DNA from: Chiloscyllium plagiosum
Lineage: Eukaryota
Length of the DNA: 64,000 nt
Direction: 5' to 3'
Assembly: GCF_004010195.1 (NCBI RefSeq)
Contig: NC_057750.1
Location: 9,806,062-9,870,061, forward strand
Shown: positions 54,701 through 64,000 of the stretch, one piece after another
Position numbering within the stretch: the stretch's first letter is position 1
Layout of the letters: each line of letters begins with the position of its first letter
Program-made: the position numbers and the translations under genes
Notes under the pieces: model-generated
Database searches by the model: none
Told to the model about the DNA's origin: nothing
The model's input: only the letters and a program-made list of their open reading frames with translations

Positions 54701-57700
54701 ATGGAGATACAAGTTTTATTATTTTTCCAATATATGTAACACAGAGCTAGGCCATTAGTCCAATGTAGAAAAGTAAGAACTGAAACATAAACTGCTGTTC
54801 ATCTAAAGGATCTTGATTAGACAACAACTGAACCATTCATTATCTACTTTTATTATACAGAGAAAGGACGGCTCTTGTGGCATGCTGGTAGCATTGAGCC
54901 AGAAAGCCCAAGCTCAAGCCTCAACTGCTCCAGAGGTGTGTTATGACATTGCTGAACAAATCGATTAAAATACCTAAAAGGCGAGAGGGGAACTAAAGGG
55001 TCAAAAATAATTTATCAAAATTATACCTGACAGTCTCTTTCCCTAAAGAACAGAAGATTGATGAATGTGTTGATCGAGGCTTCACCTGTGTTTATTATCT
55101 ACACACCTCCTGCCAACTCCACCAACATGACCTGTCATTCTGCTCATTCTCATTTGCTTAGTGAGCTCCCTATAAACACATCAACATCAGTTAGCCCAAC
55201 TACTCTTTGTGGCTCAGCGTTTTACATTCTAACCACACTGGATGAAACAGTTGATACTCTTGAACTCTTTACTGTATTTATCCCCGATAACCTTGTATTA
55301 TGATCCTAGCTCTGGTCTCTGGTGGAAAGACCATCTGTATGTCTATTGCATTAAGTTCATTCATGACCTCTATCAAATCATCTATAAACCTACTTATACC
55401 TTAGGGAAAAGGGATGGCTCAGTCTGGCGTCATTCTAACAAATCTTCAAATGCACCTTCTCTCAAATCTCATGGTCTATCTTATAATATAGAGTAGCAGC
55501 ACATCCACACTACTCCAACTGTGATCTAAGGTTCTACACCTAAACATAACATCTTGGCTTTTTATTTCTACCGAATTTCTATCATGTAACCTTGGCTTTA
55601 GGCATCTTAAGCTAGATGCTGGGACGAAGAATGTTGATGAACTCTCTTAAAGTTCCGTTCCCTTTTGTTCAATCACTGCTTTCAAAGTCTGACAGTGCTT
55701 CCCTTTTTATTTACAGGATGTTGGCATTGCTGGCTAGGTCATCCTTTGTTGCTCATCTCCCACTGCGCTCAAGGTGGTGATGGTGATCATTATCTTGAAC
55801 TGTTGCAGTCAGTTCTTACTTCAAAATGATGCATTTGGCCTAACCATTGCAATAAAAAACATTCTCTCACAGCAACAGTTTGACCCGATCTGTAGCACTT
55901 AGAATCACATCCTTCCTAGATTTCAGCTAAATTGACATGTCTGTGCAGTCATCATTTATCAGTGGTACCCTCATGTAAGACTTAAGCCAAGAGCCCATAC
56001 CCTACACCTGTCTTAAGCCAACTGAAGGGTCCCCGGATTTGAAATGTTAAGTGTTTTCTCTCCACAGATGCTACGCCTACTGAGTTCCTTCAGCAAACTT
56101 TCCACAACAACAATACCAATAAATAAATGCACTATTCCAATTGCATCTTATACTAACTGAACAACACATCGGTCATCGGAGGATTAGATAGGTTGTTAAA
56201 TGAAGTATCAAATGCATAAGTAACGAGAGTATGGTAAATGGGAGAAAGCATGCAAGGAAGAAGAAAAAAAACTATATTAATTTCTACAGACTGGGATATT
56301 TATCACATTGGTACAATTATATTGTTTATAAGATTGTTGGGCTTTCAGACTGTGCCTTTAGTTTAAGGTAAAATGAAGGGGGTCACACAAACTATTGCCA
56401 AGTCTGACAGCCAGCCCAGGTGGCTTGGTCATTAGACATTAAAGAGTTCACAGACTGTTTGACTAGGAAGAAGGTACTTGGGAAAGAATGGCAGCAGAGA
56501 GTGGACAGACTGAAAGCTTACAAAGGGCCAGAAAAAATGTGTTCAAGATGCTCGGTTGGAAAGAGCTACACTTTGAACTATACATTAACTTCTAAGATGA
56601 GAGGGCAGAGGTGTCAAGGATAGCTAATTCGCAACCTTATTGGGTGACAGACTTTCCTAAAATCTCACTGAATATCACAGACAGGCCAGGTTGCTAGGGT
56701 CCAGGGGATAGCAAGCAGCTAGAAGCTAGAAGTCTCTATGGTTCTCCAAGCCACAATGTGGGTGAAAATGTGCAGACAGAGTGGAAGAACACACTTGAGG
56801 GGAGTTAAAAATGGAGCTGTTTGCATTGGAGGGAGATTTCCATTAATTACTTCATTGTGAAGAATAAATCTCCAGTTGGAGGCTAAAAGGACAAAACAAT
56901 GGAAATAAACCCTCAGGACTAGGAATAATCAGATATTAATTGGAAAGTTGAATTTCATTTTAGAAAAATGATCAGTCTCAGTGTAAATCATAACAACATG
57001 TAGATGAGACTCAACAGGGTCTAAGCACTGATCCTGCTGAACCTGTGGGAGAAACTCAGCAGGTCTGGCAGCATCTATAGAGAGAAAGCAGATTTAAGCT
57101 TCAAGTCCAGCAACCTTTCTTTAGTTAGCTTTAAGGTAAATTCAGTGTGTGGGCTCTTGGCTTAAACATATGATGCTACCACTGGGTCCAACAAGGCACA
57201 GTGTCTGCCGTGGTTCAGCTGAAAGTACTCTCACCTGAGTTGTAGGTTTAAGACCAACTCGAATGAGTTAGAATCACAGAATCCCCACAACATGGCCACT
57301 GGCCCAACAAGTCCATACCAACCCCCTGAAGAGCAACCCACCCAGACCCACTCTCCAACACTAATCTACATTTATCCCCTGACTAATGCACCTAGACTAC
57401 ACAGCCCTGAACACTGTGGGGCAACTTAGCATGGCCGATCCACCAAACCTGCACATCTTTGGATTGTGGGAGGAAACTGGAGCACCCGGAGGAAACCCAC
57501 ACAGGCATGGAGAGAAGTTAAGAACTTAATTTTGTGCTCAATTTTTTTTATTTGCTTTTTTTTTTGTTTTTTTGTCTCAAAATTTTTAAAATTTCTAAAA
57601 AATTCCAAAAAAATTTATTTTTTGTGCTCTATCAACCTTGCTGAAAACAATCATTGCTTGCAGGAGTTAGTAATGTGCAAATCCTTGCAAAATGTGCAAA

Positions 57701-60700
57701 TCCTACATTGCTACAGTGACTAGACCTCAAATGGGAATCATTGGGTGTAAAGAGCTTTGGGTGCTCTGGGGTCCTCAAAGGATGTTCGCTAAATAATTCT
57801 TCCTTGTTCTCTTTCAGAGATCAAAACAAAAACAGAAATGGGTGGAAAGGTTCACCAGACGCTTCAGAAGTTAAGTTCAAGATTTCGAACTCTTTACTTC
57901 AACTGAAAAGCAATTTACTTCACTCTAAGATGCAAACACTTGCATTCTCCGTGAGAGGTTTATTTTGTGGTGGTGGTGGTGATGGAGTGCTATGGTGAAT
58001 GATTCAGAAAGCAATTTTACTGTACCATGAGTGTGTCTTTGGGGAAAAGATTGTGGCTGGGCTGTCGCGCTACTCCCGTCGGATCGCTCTGCTCTGGGGG
58101 TGCACTTCCACGGCGGAACCAACTGCTGATCAGCCAGATGATAAAAATTCTGAAAAACATTTTTTTTTTTTTAAAAAAGGTCACCGTTCAGTAAAATAAC
58201 AGACTTTAAGCAAAACTCTAACACACCATGTCTGCAATAGCTCACCTTCCAAAAGCAAAATCCCTTCCAACTGAGATCAGGATAATCAAAGAGGCCAGGA
58301 GAATTACTGAGGTGCATTTGACAAAACATTAATCACCAGAGAGAAAAGTGGAATTCGCTTTGTGAAGAGTACATTTAAAAATGATAACTGAAGGGAATTT
58401 TAATAACTAGAAACAGCCTGGAAGAGGGAGACGTTTTAGAAGCAGGCATTTTCAACACAAAGGCCTGGCCAACCAGGCCATCTTGCTTTTTCCAGCTGTG
58501 ATGGTTTCATCCCAAATTCCTGGCCCTCTATTCTACTCAACACTTGACAAGAATATCAAATCTACTTTCCTAGTCTAAGCTACAAGTTGTACCTCCCTGA
58601 TCCAGCTACATCAGGACCAGGTCTTTGCCTAACCAGAGAATATGCTGGACCATGGGAGGTCACACGTTAGGGTTAGTGGGAGGTTTTAACTCAGTCCTTT
58701 CTCTACTCATACCTCTTCTAAGGGAGCTGACCTGGATGAAATTTCCCTGGTCCAAACTTCTGATGGTGACCGTCGATGAGCTATCCAACTGTTAGTTTAT
58801 CACATTTATAGAGGGAAGGTGACCATTCTCCTTCTCTATCTTATTTATAAAATCCTTCAGCTCTGTTTCCCTAATCTTTGTGGGTTAAAGGGCCTGTTCC
58901 TGTGCTGTACGTTTGTTTGTTTGAATGGGTGGAAAAGTAGCAAATGGACTGTAGTTGGAGAAGCGTGAGGCTATGTCTCTGGGCAAAGGAAAACAAGGAG
59001 GGGATATACAACAAACAAGAGGATATTGAGAAGGGCACAGAAAGTGAGAGTGCATGTCCACATATCTCTGAGGATGGCAAGACAAGTAGATAAGGTGGTA
59101 ACGAAGGCACTTGGAATGCTTTCCTTCATCGGGTCACCACATCGCAGGAAGGACAGGAAGTCGAGAGCAAAAAAGAGCTTACAGAGAAGATTTACAAGGA
59201 CTGCAGTTTGTAAACTGCAGCGATGAGAAGAGATTGGATCGGTGCTAGGGTTGGTTTCCTCAGAACAGGAAAGTGAGGAGTGGTCTATTCAAGGTACACA
59301 ACATACTGAAGGGCTTGTATAGAGTGAGACAAACAGGGCCTGTTGCCCCTCGCAGAGATGACAATTCCCATGATGCATAGATTTAAGGTGATCAGTAGAA
59401 GGATTACAGGGCACATGAGCGTGATGATGGTTTCAGATTCAATACCCAGTTTTATGATTTGAGTCAGAAACTCTCAACTCATTTAAAAGAAGTCTGGATC
59501 CGGACCCCTGAAGCAGAGTAATCTGCAAGGCTGCATACCAGGTGGTCAAAAATGGGATTACAATGGGTGGCTAGTTTATGTAGCTGAATAGGCCAAATGG
59601 CCACTTTCTGCATCATAACTTTTCTACGGTTCTAACTTGAAATCAGTTCATGTACTTTCTTTCATCTTTTTGAAAGGGAATTGGTAGCATTTGAAATTAC
59701 ATAGCTACCACAATGGAAGACATTCCATTTTCCAATGACCTACGGAAAATTTCTTTTAACTCCGTTTCACTCCTCTATCAGTTTGTACTGATTAGCCATA
59801 GATGATTGAAATGTTATTTGACGAGTGAACCTCTCAAAAGTCTGTCATAACAGGAGCATCAATAAGCCATTCAGCCCCTCAGGCCTGTTCCATCATCCGA
59901 TGAGATTGCAGTTGGTCTGCATCTGAACTCTACACAAAGCCTTGCTTCCAGAACATTCCTGATGAAGGGCTTTTGCCTGAAATGTTGATTTTCCTACTCC
60001 TTGGATGCTGCCTGACCTGCTGTGCTTTTCCAGCACCACTCTAATCTAGACTCCAGAACTCCTACTATCTTATTCAAACCAGACCTCTCAGCCCCAGTTT
60101 TGAAATGTCCAAATGTCCTTGTTGGAGGGAGAGATCTGAATTTCCACTGGTCTGTGAAGAAGGGTGCCCTGAAAAGTTTTTTTAAAACATTTATTCATTT
60201 TTCATTGGAAGTTGGTGATGGCACCATCATTTACTGCCCATTCCCAATTGCCTTTGAGAGGTTGGTGATGAGTCATCTCATTGAACCACTGCAGTTCTTG
60301 TGGTGTCAGGAAACTTGCAGCGTTGTTGAAGGAGTTCCAGAATTCTGACCCAGTGACACTAAGATGTTTGCAGTACCTAGGTCAACGCTCAGAGGTATAT
60401 CCAGTTTCAATTGCTTTGTACCTTTTACGCAACCAAGTAGCAAACAAGGCTACTTAGCAGAGCGGTTAATAGACTACCACATTACTGTGGATCTAGAGTC
60501 TCACGGAGACCAGAGCAGGTAAGGACAGCAGATTTCCTTCCCCGTACTGAACCTCGACAATGGTCATCATCACTGAGACTCGCTATCAATTCCAGATTTA
60601 GTAATGAATTTAGTCATTCTGGATTATTAAACCCATGACATTAGAAGCACACCACCTCTCCATAATGTCCCCTTGTTATCAACGCCCACACACAACAGGA

Positions 60701-60977
60701 AATAGTTTGCACCCATCACCCTTCTATTTCACAAGCCTACTTTCATAACTTGAACCTGCTGACCCTGTTGGTTCTACTTAATCAGAACGAAATCCTTTCA
60801 GTGGAGCTAATATTTCTGAACACGATGTGACTCTCACCTGAATAAAACACCTTTGATGACTTGCCAGGCATTGGGGGGTTGCTGCTGCTGTGGTTGCTGT
60901 TGCTGTGGCTGCTGTGTCTCGACCCGATTTCCTTCTGATACTTGGACCTGCCCATCTGCCACCACTTCACTGCTGAC
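15592..60977 (-). CDS. CLPTM1: CLPTM1 (cleft lip and palate transmembrane protein 1 family, multi-pass ER membrane protein); 13 coding exons in window, 5' exon outside window
   Basis: Exons 60977-60838, 58149-58026, 53654-53496, 47189-47072, 46384-46299, 46196-46076, 36885-36641, 31818-31725, 30621-30431, 27734-27639, 23686-23551, 21685-21518, 15758-15592. All are GT-AG with compatible phases; total 1845 nt. Translation matches CLPTM1 motifs as I recall them ([60 protein letters not shown]). Confidence 0.97.
17766..18031. mobile_element. Penelope-type fold-back element (family B) with two inverted arms, each carrying a hammerhead
   Basis: GGTTTGCTCACTGAGCTG...TTCTATTT mirrored by AAATAGAA...CAGCTCAGCGAGCAAACC. 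Confidence 0.8.
17798..17837 (-). ncRNA. Minimal hammerhead ribozyme motif, sense to the CLPTM1 last intron
   Basis: TCA-CTGAAGA-T-GTTACC-tagtat-GGTGAC-GAAAC-GTC|TGA. Confidence 0.7.
18049..18257 (+). mobile_element. Fold-back element (family C) with a central hammerhead-like motif at 18121-18165
   Basis: GCAAGCT-CTGATGA-A-GAGTC-atcta-GACTC-GAAAGGTT|AGCTTGC; approximate TSD GAT(G/A)CGTTCTG. Confidence 0.7.
18270..18775 (+). mobile_element. CR1 3' fragment
   Basis: Similar to the other CR1 3' ends. Confidence 0.85.
19435..21388 (+). mobile_element. CR1 LINE RT-to-3' fragment interrupted by a Penelope insertion
   Basis: ORF 19782..20171 ([20 protein letters not shown]). Confidence 0.9.
20502..21065 (-). 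mobile_element. Penelope-like fragment with inverted terminal arms, a GIY-YIG C-terminal remnant and ~15-bp TSD
   Basis: ORF 20555..20839 [46 protein letters not shown] / AAGATGCTTCCATTG; hammerhead cores at ~20540-20578(-) and 20949-20988(+). Confidence 0.85.
21518..21685 (-). CDS. CLPTM1: CLPTM1 exon 13: (G)[55 protein letters not shown]
   Basis: ttccag|GA...GAT G|gtaagt; 168 nt. Confidence 0.97.
23551..23686 (-). CDS. CLPTM1: CLPTM1 exon 12: [45 protein letters not shown]
   Basis: tttcag|ATG...TTC G|gtgagt; 136 nt. Confidence 0.97.
25430..26290 (+). mobile_element. CR1 3' fragment
   Basis: [18 protein letters not shown]1 tail. Confidence 0.85.
26004..26183. mobile_element. Fold-back family A insertion with two inverted hammerhead cores; perfect 14-bp TSD TTAGAGGGATATGG
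   Basis: TSD at 25990-26003 and 26184-26197; cores at 26009-26037(-) and 26056-26083(+). Confidence 0.85.
26793..27409 (+). mobile_element. Probable solo LTR
   Basis: TG...CA termini (TGAGGATAC...CCACAACA) and internal AATAAA at ~27275; TSD not evident; left boundary uncertain. Confidence 0.45.
27639..27734 (-). CDS. CLPTM1: CLPTM1 exon 11: [32 protein letters not shown]
   Basis: ttacag|ATT...GAT|gtgagt; 96 nt. Confidence 0.96.
28680..29820 (-). mobile_element. CR1 RT-to-3' fragment
   Basis: ORFs 28938..29165, 29331..29513 and 29712..29903. Confidence 0.9.
30431..30621 (-). CDS. CLPTM1: CLPTM1 exon 10: (D)[63 protein letters not shown]
   Basis: ttacag|AC...CGG|gtaaga; 191 nt. Confidence 0.97.
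31100..31313. mobile_element. Fold-back family D element with hammerhead at 31228-31264(+)
   Basis: TCAC-CTGACGA-A-GGAaC-agt-GCTCC-GAAAGCTT|GTGA; mirrored arm at 31137-31220; related copies at 19255-19386, 38194-38385 and 46856-47045. Confidence 0.75.
31725..31818 (-). CDS. CLPTM1: CLPTM1 exon 9: [31 protein letters not shown]
   Basis: cgacag|GTT...AAT G|gtgaga; 94 nt. Confidence 0.96.
36641..36885 (-). CDS. CLPTM1: CLPTM1 exon 8: (Y)[25 protein letters not shown]...[11 protein letters not shown]
   Basis: caacag|AT...AAG|gttagt; 245 nt; ORF 36608..36928. Confidence 0.97.
37515..37808 (-). mobile_element. Deu-domain SINE (SacSINE1/AmnSINE-like), old copy
   Basis: Minus strand CAGTACTGAGGG.GTGCTGCACTGT.GAAGGTGCC.TCTTTTGGATGA.ACATTAAACC; second remnant at ~61100-61290(+). 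Confidence 0.6.
38085..38705 (-). mobile_element. CR1 3' fragment containing a family D fold-back insertion (38194-38385)
   Basis: ORF 38358..38546; approximate TSD CCCT(T)C(A/C)TATCCATG. Confidence 0.85.
42105..43030 (+). mobile_element. CR1 3' fragment
   Basis: [19 protein letters not shown]. Confidence 0.85.
43540..44155 (+). mobile_element. CR1 3' fragment
   Basis: [28 protein letters not shown]. Confidence 0.85.
45690..46028 (-). mobile_element. CR1 3' fragment about 50 bp from the exon 7 donor
   Basis: [17 protein letters not shown]. Confidence 0.85.
46076..46196 (-). CDS. CLPTM1: CLPTM1 exon 7: [40 protein letters not shown]
   Basis: ttgcag|CGA...CAG T|gtaagt; 121 nt; preceded by a 102-nt intron. 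Confidence 0.96.
46299..46384 (-). CDS. CLPTM1: CLPTM1 exon 6: (M)[28 protein letters not shown]
   Basis: ccctag|TG...AAG|gtatgt; 86 nt. Confidence 0.95.
47072..47189 (-). CDS. CLPTM1: CLPTM1 exon 5: [39 protein letters not shown]
   Basis: ttacag|CAC...AGA A|gtaagc; 118 nt; overlaps ORF 46920..47186. Confidence 0.95.
49380..52742 (+). mobile_element. Longest CR1 copy (~3.4 kb): ORF1 end, APE endonuclease, RT and 3' tail; pseudogenised
   Basis: [47 protein letters not shown]; many stops and frameshifts. Confidence 0.92.
50821..51068. repeat. 124-bp tandem duplication inside CR1
   Basis: 50821-50944 vs 50945-51068; one mismatch seen (GTGGCAAG / GTGGGAAG). Confidence 0.9.
53496..53654 (-). 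CDS. CLPTM1: CLPTM1 exon 4: [53 protein letters not shown]
   Basis: ttgcag|GAC...GAG|gtatga; 159 nt. Confidence 0.95.
58026..58149 (-). CDS. CLPTM1: CLPTM1 exon 3: (R)[41 protein letters not shown]
   Basis: tttttcag|A...ATG|gtacag; 124 nt. Confidence 0.95.
58925..59635 (+). mobile_element. Degenerate CR1 3' fragment
   Basis: [23 protein letters not shown]. Confidence 0.75.
60838..60977 (-). CDS. CLPTM1: CLPTM1 coding exon (probably exon 2): [10 protein letters not shown]...[25 protein letters not shown](R)
   Basis: Acceptor ttgcattctgcag|GTC, donor AG|gtgaga; 140 nt; ends in conserved [12 protein letters not shown]. Confidence 0.88.
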
Positions 60978-61382
60978 CTGCAGAATGCAAATACAGCCAT
61001 CTCATAGAAAAGGGCAAACTTTCAACCATGAGGGAAAGATAAACAAAAATGACGGAACAACGTGAAACTGCCTGCATAAAACAAATCAGAAAATATCGGG
61101 GTCAAGTCACATTCTGCGGACCTGGGCAGAAAACCTAGATGGATCATCCGGGTGGGAGGTCTATCGGATGAGATGTTAAACTGAGGCTTCGCCCACCCTC
61201 AGACAATATTAAAGCAGAGCAAGAGAATTGCGTGCTGTCAGGAACAGCATTATCCTTCAAGAAGCATCCAGAGCAATCTGCTCAACATTTAAAAGACATT
61301 TCGACAAGTACATCAATAGGAAAGACTTGGGCTAAACACTGGACGGTGAGACCTGTTTAATTTGGGAACCTGGTCATAGTTG

Positions 61383-61583
61383 GAGAAAGTGAGGGCTGCG
61401 GATGCTGGAGATCAGAGCTGAAAATGTGTCGCTGGAAAAGCGCAGCAGGTCAGGCAGCATCCGGGGAGCAGGAGAATAGACGTTTCGGGCATGAGCCTGA
61501 AGAAGGGCTCATGCCCGAAACGTCGATTCTCTCGCTCCTTGGATGCTGCCTGACCTGCTGCGCTTTTCCAGCGACACATTTTC
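61383..61583. mobile_element. Fold-back family A element with central hammerhead core (61497-61524,+); perfect 16-bp TSD AACCTGGTCATAGTTG
   Basis: TSD at 61367-61382 and 61584-61599; ~80-bp inverted arms. Confidence 0.88.
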
Positions 61584-62887
61584 AACCTGGTCATAGTTGC
61601 TGAGTTGGAGCAAAGGGTCTGTATCCAAGCTGTACAACATTACGACTCTAACAGCTACAGAAACAGTTTGCCCTATATTTGTCCTAGGCCTCCTACAGTG
61701 TCCAATGAAGAACAGTACATCATCCATTTACACACTTTACAGCCTTCAGGATTTAACAGTGAGTTTGATAACTTGAGACCACGAACTGTGTCCTCCCTGG
61801 AGATCAACAACATAGTTCTGGTTTCAACATAGTTGACCAATACGCTGTTTTAGATCAGATTAGATTGCCCACAGTATGAAAACAGGCCATTTGGCCCAAT
61901 TAGTCCACAATGACCCTCCAAAGAGGAACCCACCCTATATTTACCCCTGACTAATGCACCTAACACTATGGACAATTTAACATGGCCAATTCACCTGACC
62001 TGCACATCTTTGTGATTGTGGGAGGAAACCAGAGCACCCAGAGGAAACCCACACAGACACGGGGAGAACATGCAAACTCCACACAGACAATCGCCCGAGG
62101 CTGGAATCAAACCTGGGTCCCTGGCGCTGTGAGGCAGCAGTGCTAACCACTGAGCCCCCGAGCAGCCCACTTCTTAATACCTACTGTGGATCTATGTCAC
62201 TTCTCTCCAACCAATACAACTTCCTTTACCTATCTTCTAAAACACCTGCTTTTGCCCAGACATCCCCCCACCCCATAGAACCCACTTTTCCAACCCCTCT
62301 CCAGTTTCAAAGCACATCTACATTGGGCTGAAAATGTTAATTCTCACTTCCATCTCCACATGCTGCTAGTCCTGTTGAGTTTCTCTTTGTCTACATTGTA
62401 GAACAATCAATTTGGCCGTATATTTCACTGCTGTCCGTGGTAGCTAGCTCAACACGGAATGGCCGCTTGACTTTCTACATAACAAGTAGTTATATTTCAA
62501 ATGCAAGATCATTTCAGAACACCAGAAACCTCCTATTAACCCTGAAGACTTTTTTTCAAAAAACAAATGAAATAAAATGAAAGAACTGCAAATGCTGGAA
62601 ATCAGAATCAAAACCAGAAACTGCTGGAAAAGCTCTGCAGGTCTGGCAGCATCTGTGGAAAGAAATCAGAGTCAACATTTCAGGTCCAGTAACCCTTTTT
62701 CAGAACTCAATATTCAGCAATCCAATATTCGAACAGAAGAAACATTATTGCCTTCGATGGTCAACAGCTCAAAAAAATTTGACTGTATCAAATTAATGAG
62801 CCAAATTTGTTTGGAAATAAAAACTGAAAGAACTGCGGATGCTGGAAAACAAAAATTGCTCGAAAAGTTCAACAAATCGAGCAGCAT

Positions 62888-63300
62888 GGAGTCACAGAGT
62901 CATCGAGATGTACAGCACGAAAACAGACCCTTCGGTCCAACCCGCCCATGCCGACCGGGTATCCCAACCCAATCTAGTCCCACCTGCCAGCACCCGGCCC
63001 ATTTCCCTCCAAACCCTTCCTGTTCATATACCCATCCCAATGCCTTTTAATGCTGCAATTGTACCAGCCTCCAGCACTTCCTCTGGCAGCTCATTCCATA
63101 CACGCACCACCCTCTGCGTGAAAAGGTTGCCCCTCAGGTCTCTTTTATATCTTTCCCCTCTCACCCTAAACCCATGCCCTCTAGTTCTGGACTCCCCCAC
63201 CCCAGGGAAAAGACTTTGCCTATTTACCCTATCCATGCCCCTCATAATTTTGTAAACCTTTATAAGGTCACCCCTCAGCCTCCGACGCTCCAGGGAAAAC
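62888..63300 (-). mobile_element. CR1 3' fragment
   Basis: [22 protein letters not shown] in ORF 63024..63464. Confidence 0.9.
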
Positions 63301-64000
63301 AAATCTGAGTTAATGTTTCGGGAACTTTTCCAGCAAGTGCTGCTTTTGTTCGAAAATAAAACCTGCTTTTGCACTGAAACACAAACTAAAAGGATTAAGC
63401 AACATAAAAAGTTACTGAAAAGAAAATTCAAAACTGCTTGGTGCTTATAATATGCAACAAACATTTATAAATGTCAGAACTAGCATTGAATTATGGGATC
63501 ATAAACTCAGGGTGATACATCATAGATGCTAATGCCAATTCTTTGAAAGAACTATCTAATGGGTCCCAAAGTTCTGTCTGTTCCCACATAACTGATGTTT
63601 GCTCCCTTTACCCAATTCTCTTCTCAAAGTTACTGTTGAATCTGTTTCGTGGTCTTTCAAGATCATAACTCACTTTGTCCAAATATCTTTTTTTGCCAAC
63701 TGTCATAAATCTCACTTCTCCAGTTACTGACCTTGTGGCCCATCAAAATAGTTTCTCCTTATTGACTCTTTTCAGTGAGCATCTCTGCGAAATCTCTTAA
63801 CAGTCGCAGATGAAACATAACATGCTTGTGAAGTGCGGCTTCCTTTAGGAAGAATGAGCAGTGCCAATACAAACTGAATAAAGAAATGTTTAAGAGAGGC
63901 AGGACCAGAGAGACCTAGAGGGTTTGATTGTAAATCTACAAAGGAGACAGGCAAATTGAGAAAATCATGCCTTCCTGCATTGAGGCTTAGAAATGCAAGA

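Noticed and set aside
57520..57630. T-rich then A-rich tract between TTTTGTGCTC repeats as a processed retrocopy
   Set aside because: Low complexity only; no identifiable body
60947..60950. Alternative in-frame acceptor CAG|GTC 30 nt into exon 2
   Set aside because: Upstream sequence is purine-rich; the acceptor at 60978 is much better

Overview
Vertebrate genomic DNA, almost certainly from a shark or other cartilaginous fish, judged from abundant HE1/V-SINE, Deu-domain SINE and CR1 remnants. The only host gene I can support is CLPTM1 on the minus strand. Thirteen coding exons between 60977 and 15592 all have GT-AG boundaries and join in frame into 1845 nt (614 aa plus stop). The first exon lies beyond position 64000. 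The rest is mostly decayed transposable elements (CR1, Rex1/Babar-like, Penelope-like, SINEs, Tc1/mariner-type MITEs, a probable solo LTR) and a 33-bp palindromic minisatellite. The most striking unexplained structure is a dense set of 110-560 bp Penelope-type insertions. Many are fold-back (inverted) elements with roughly 10-16 bp target-site duplications, and they carry minimal hammerhead-ribozyme cores (CTGANGA...GAAA) in at least four families whose helix II sequences differ but still pair. Some cores lie in the sense orientation of the CLPTM1 pre-mRNA. Repeat boundaries are approximate; exon boundaries were read base by base.
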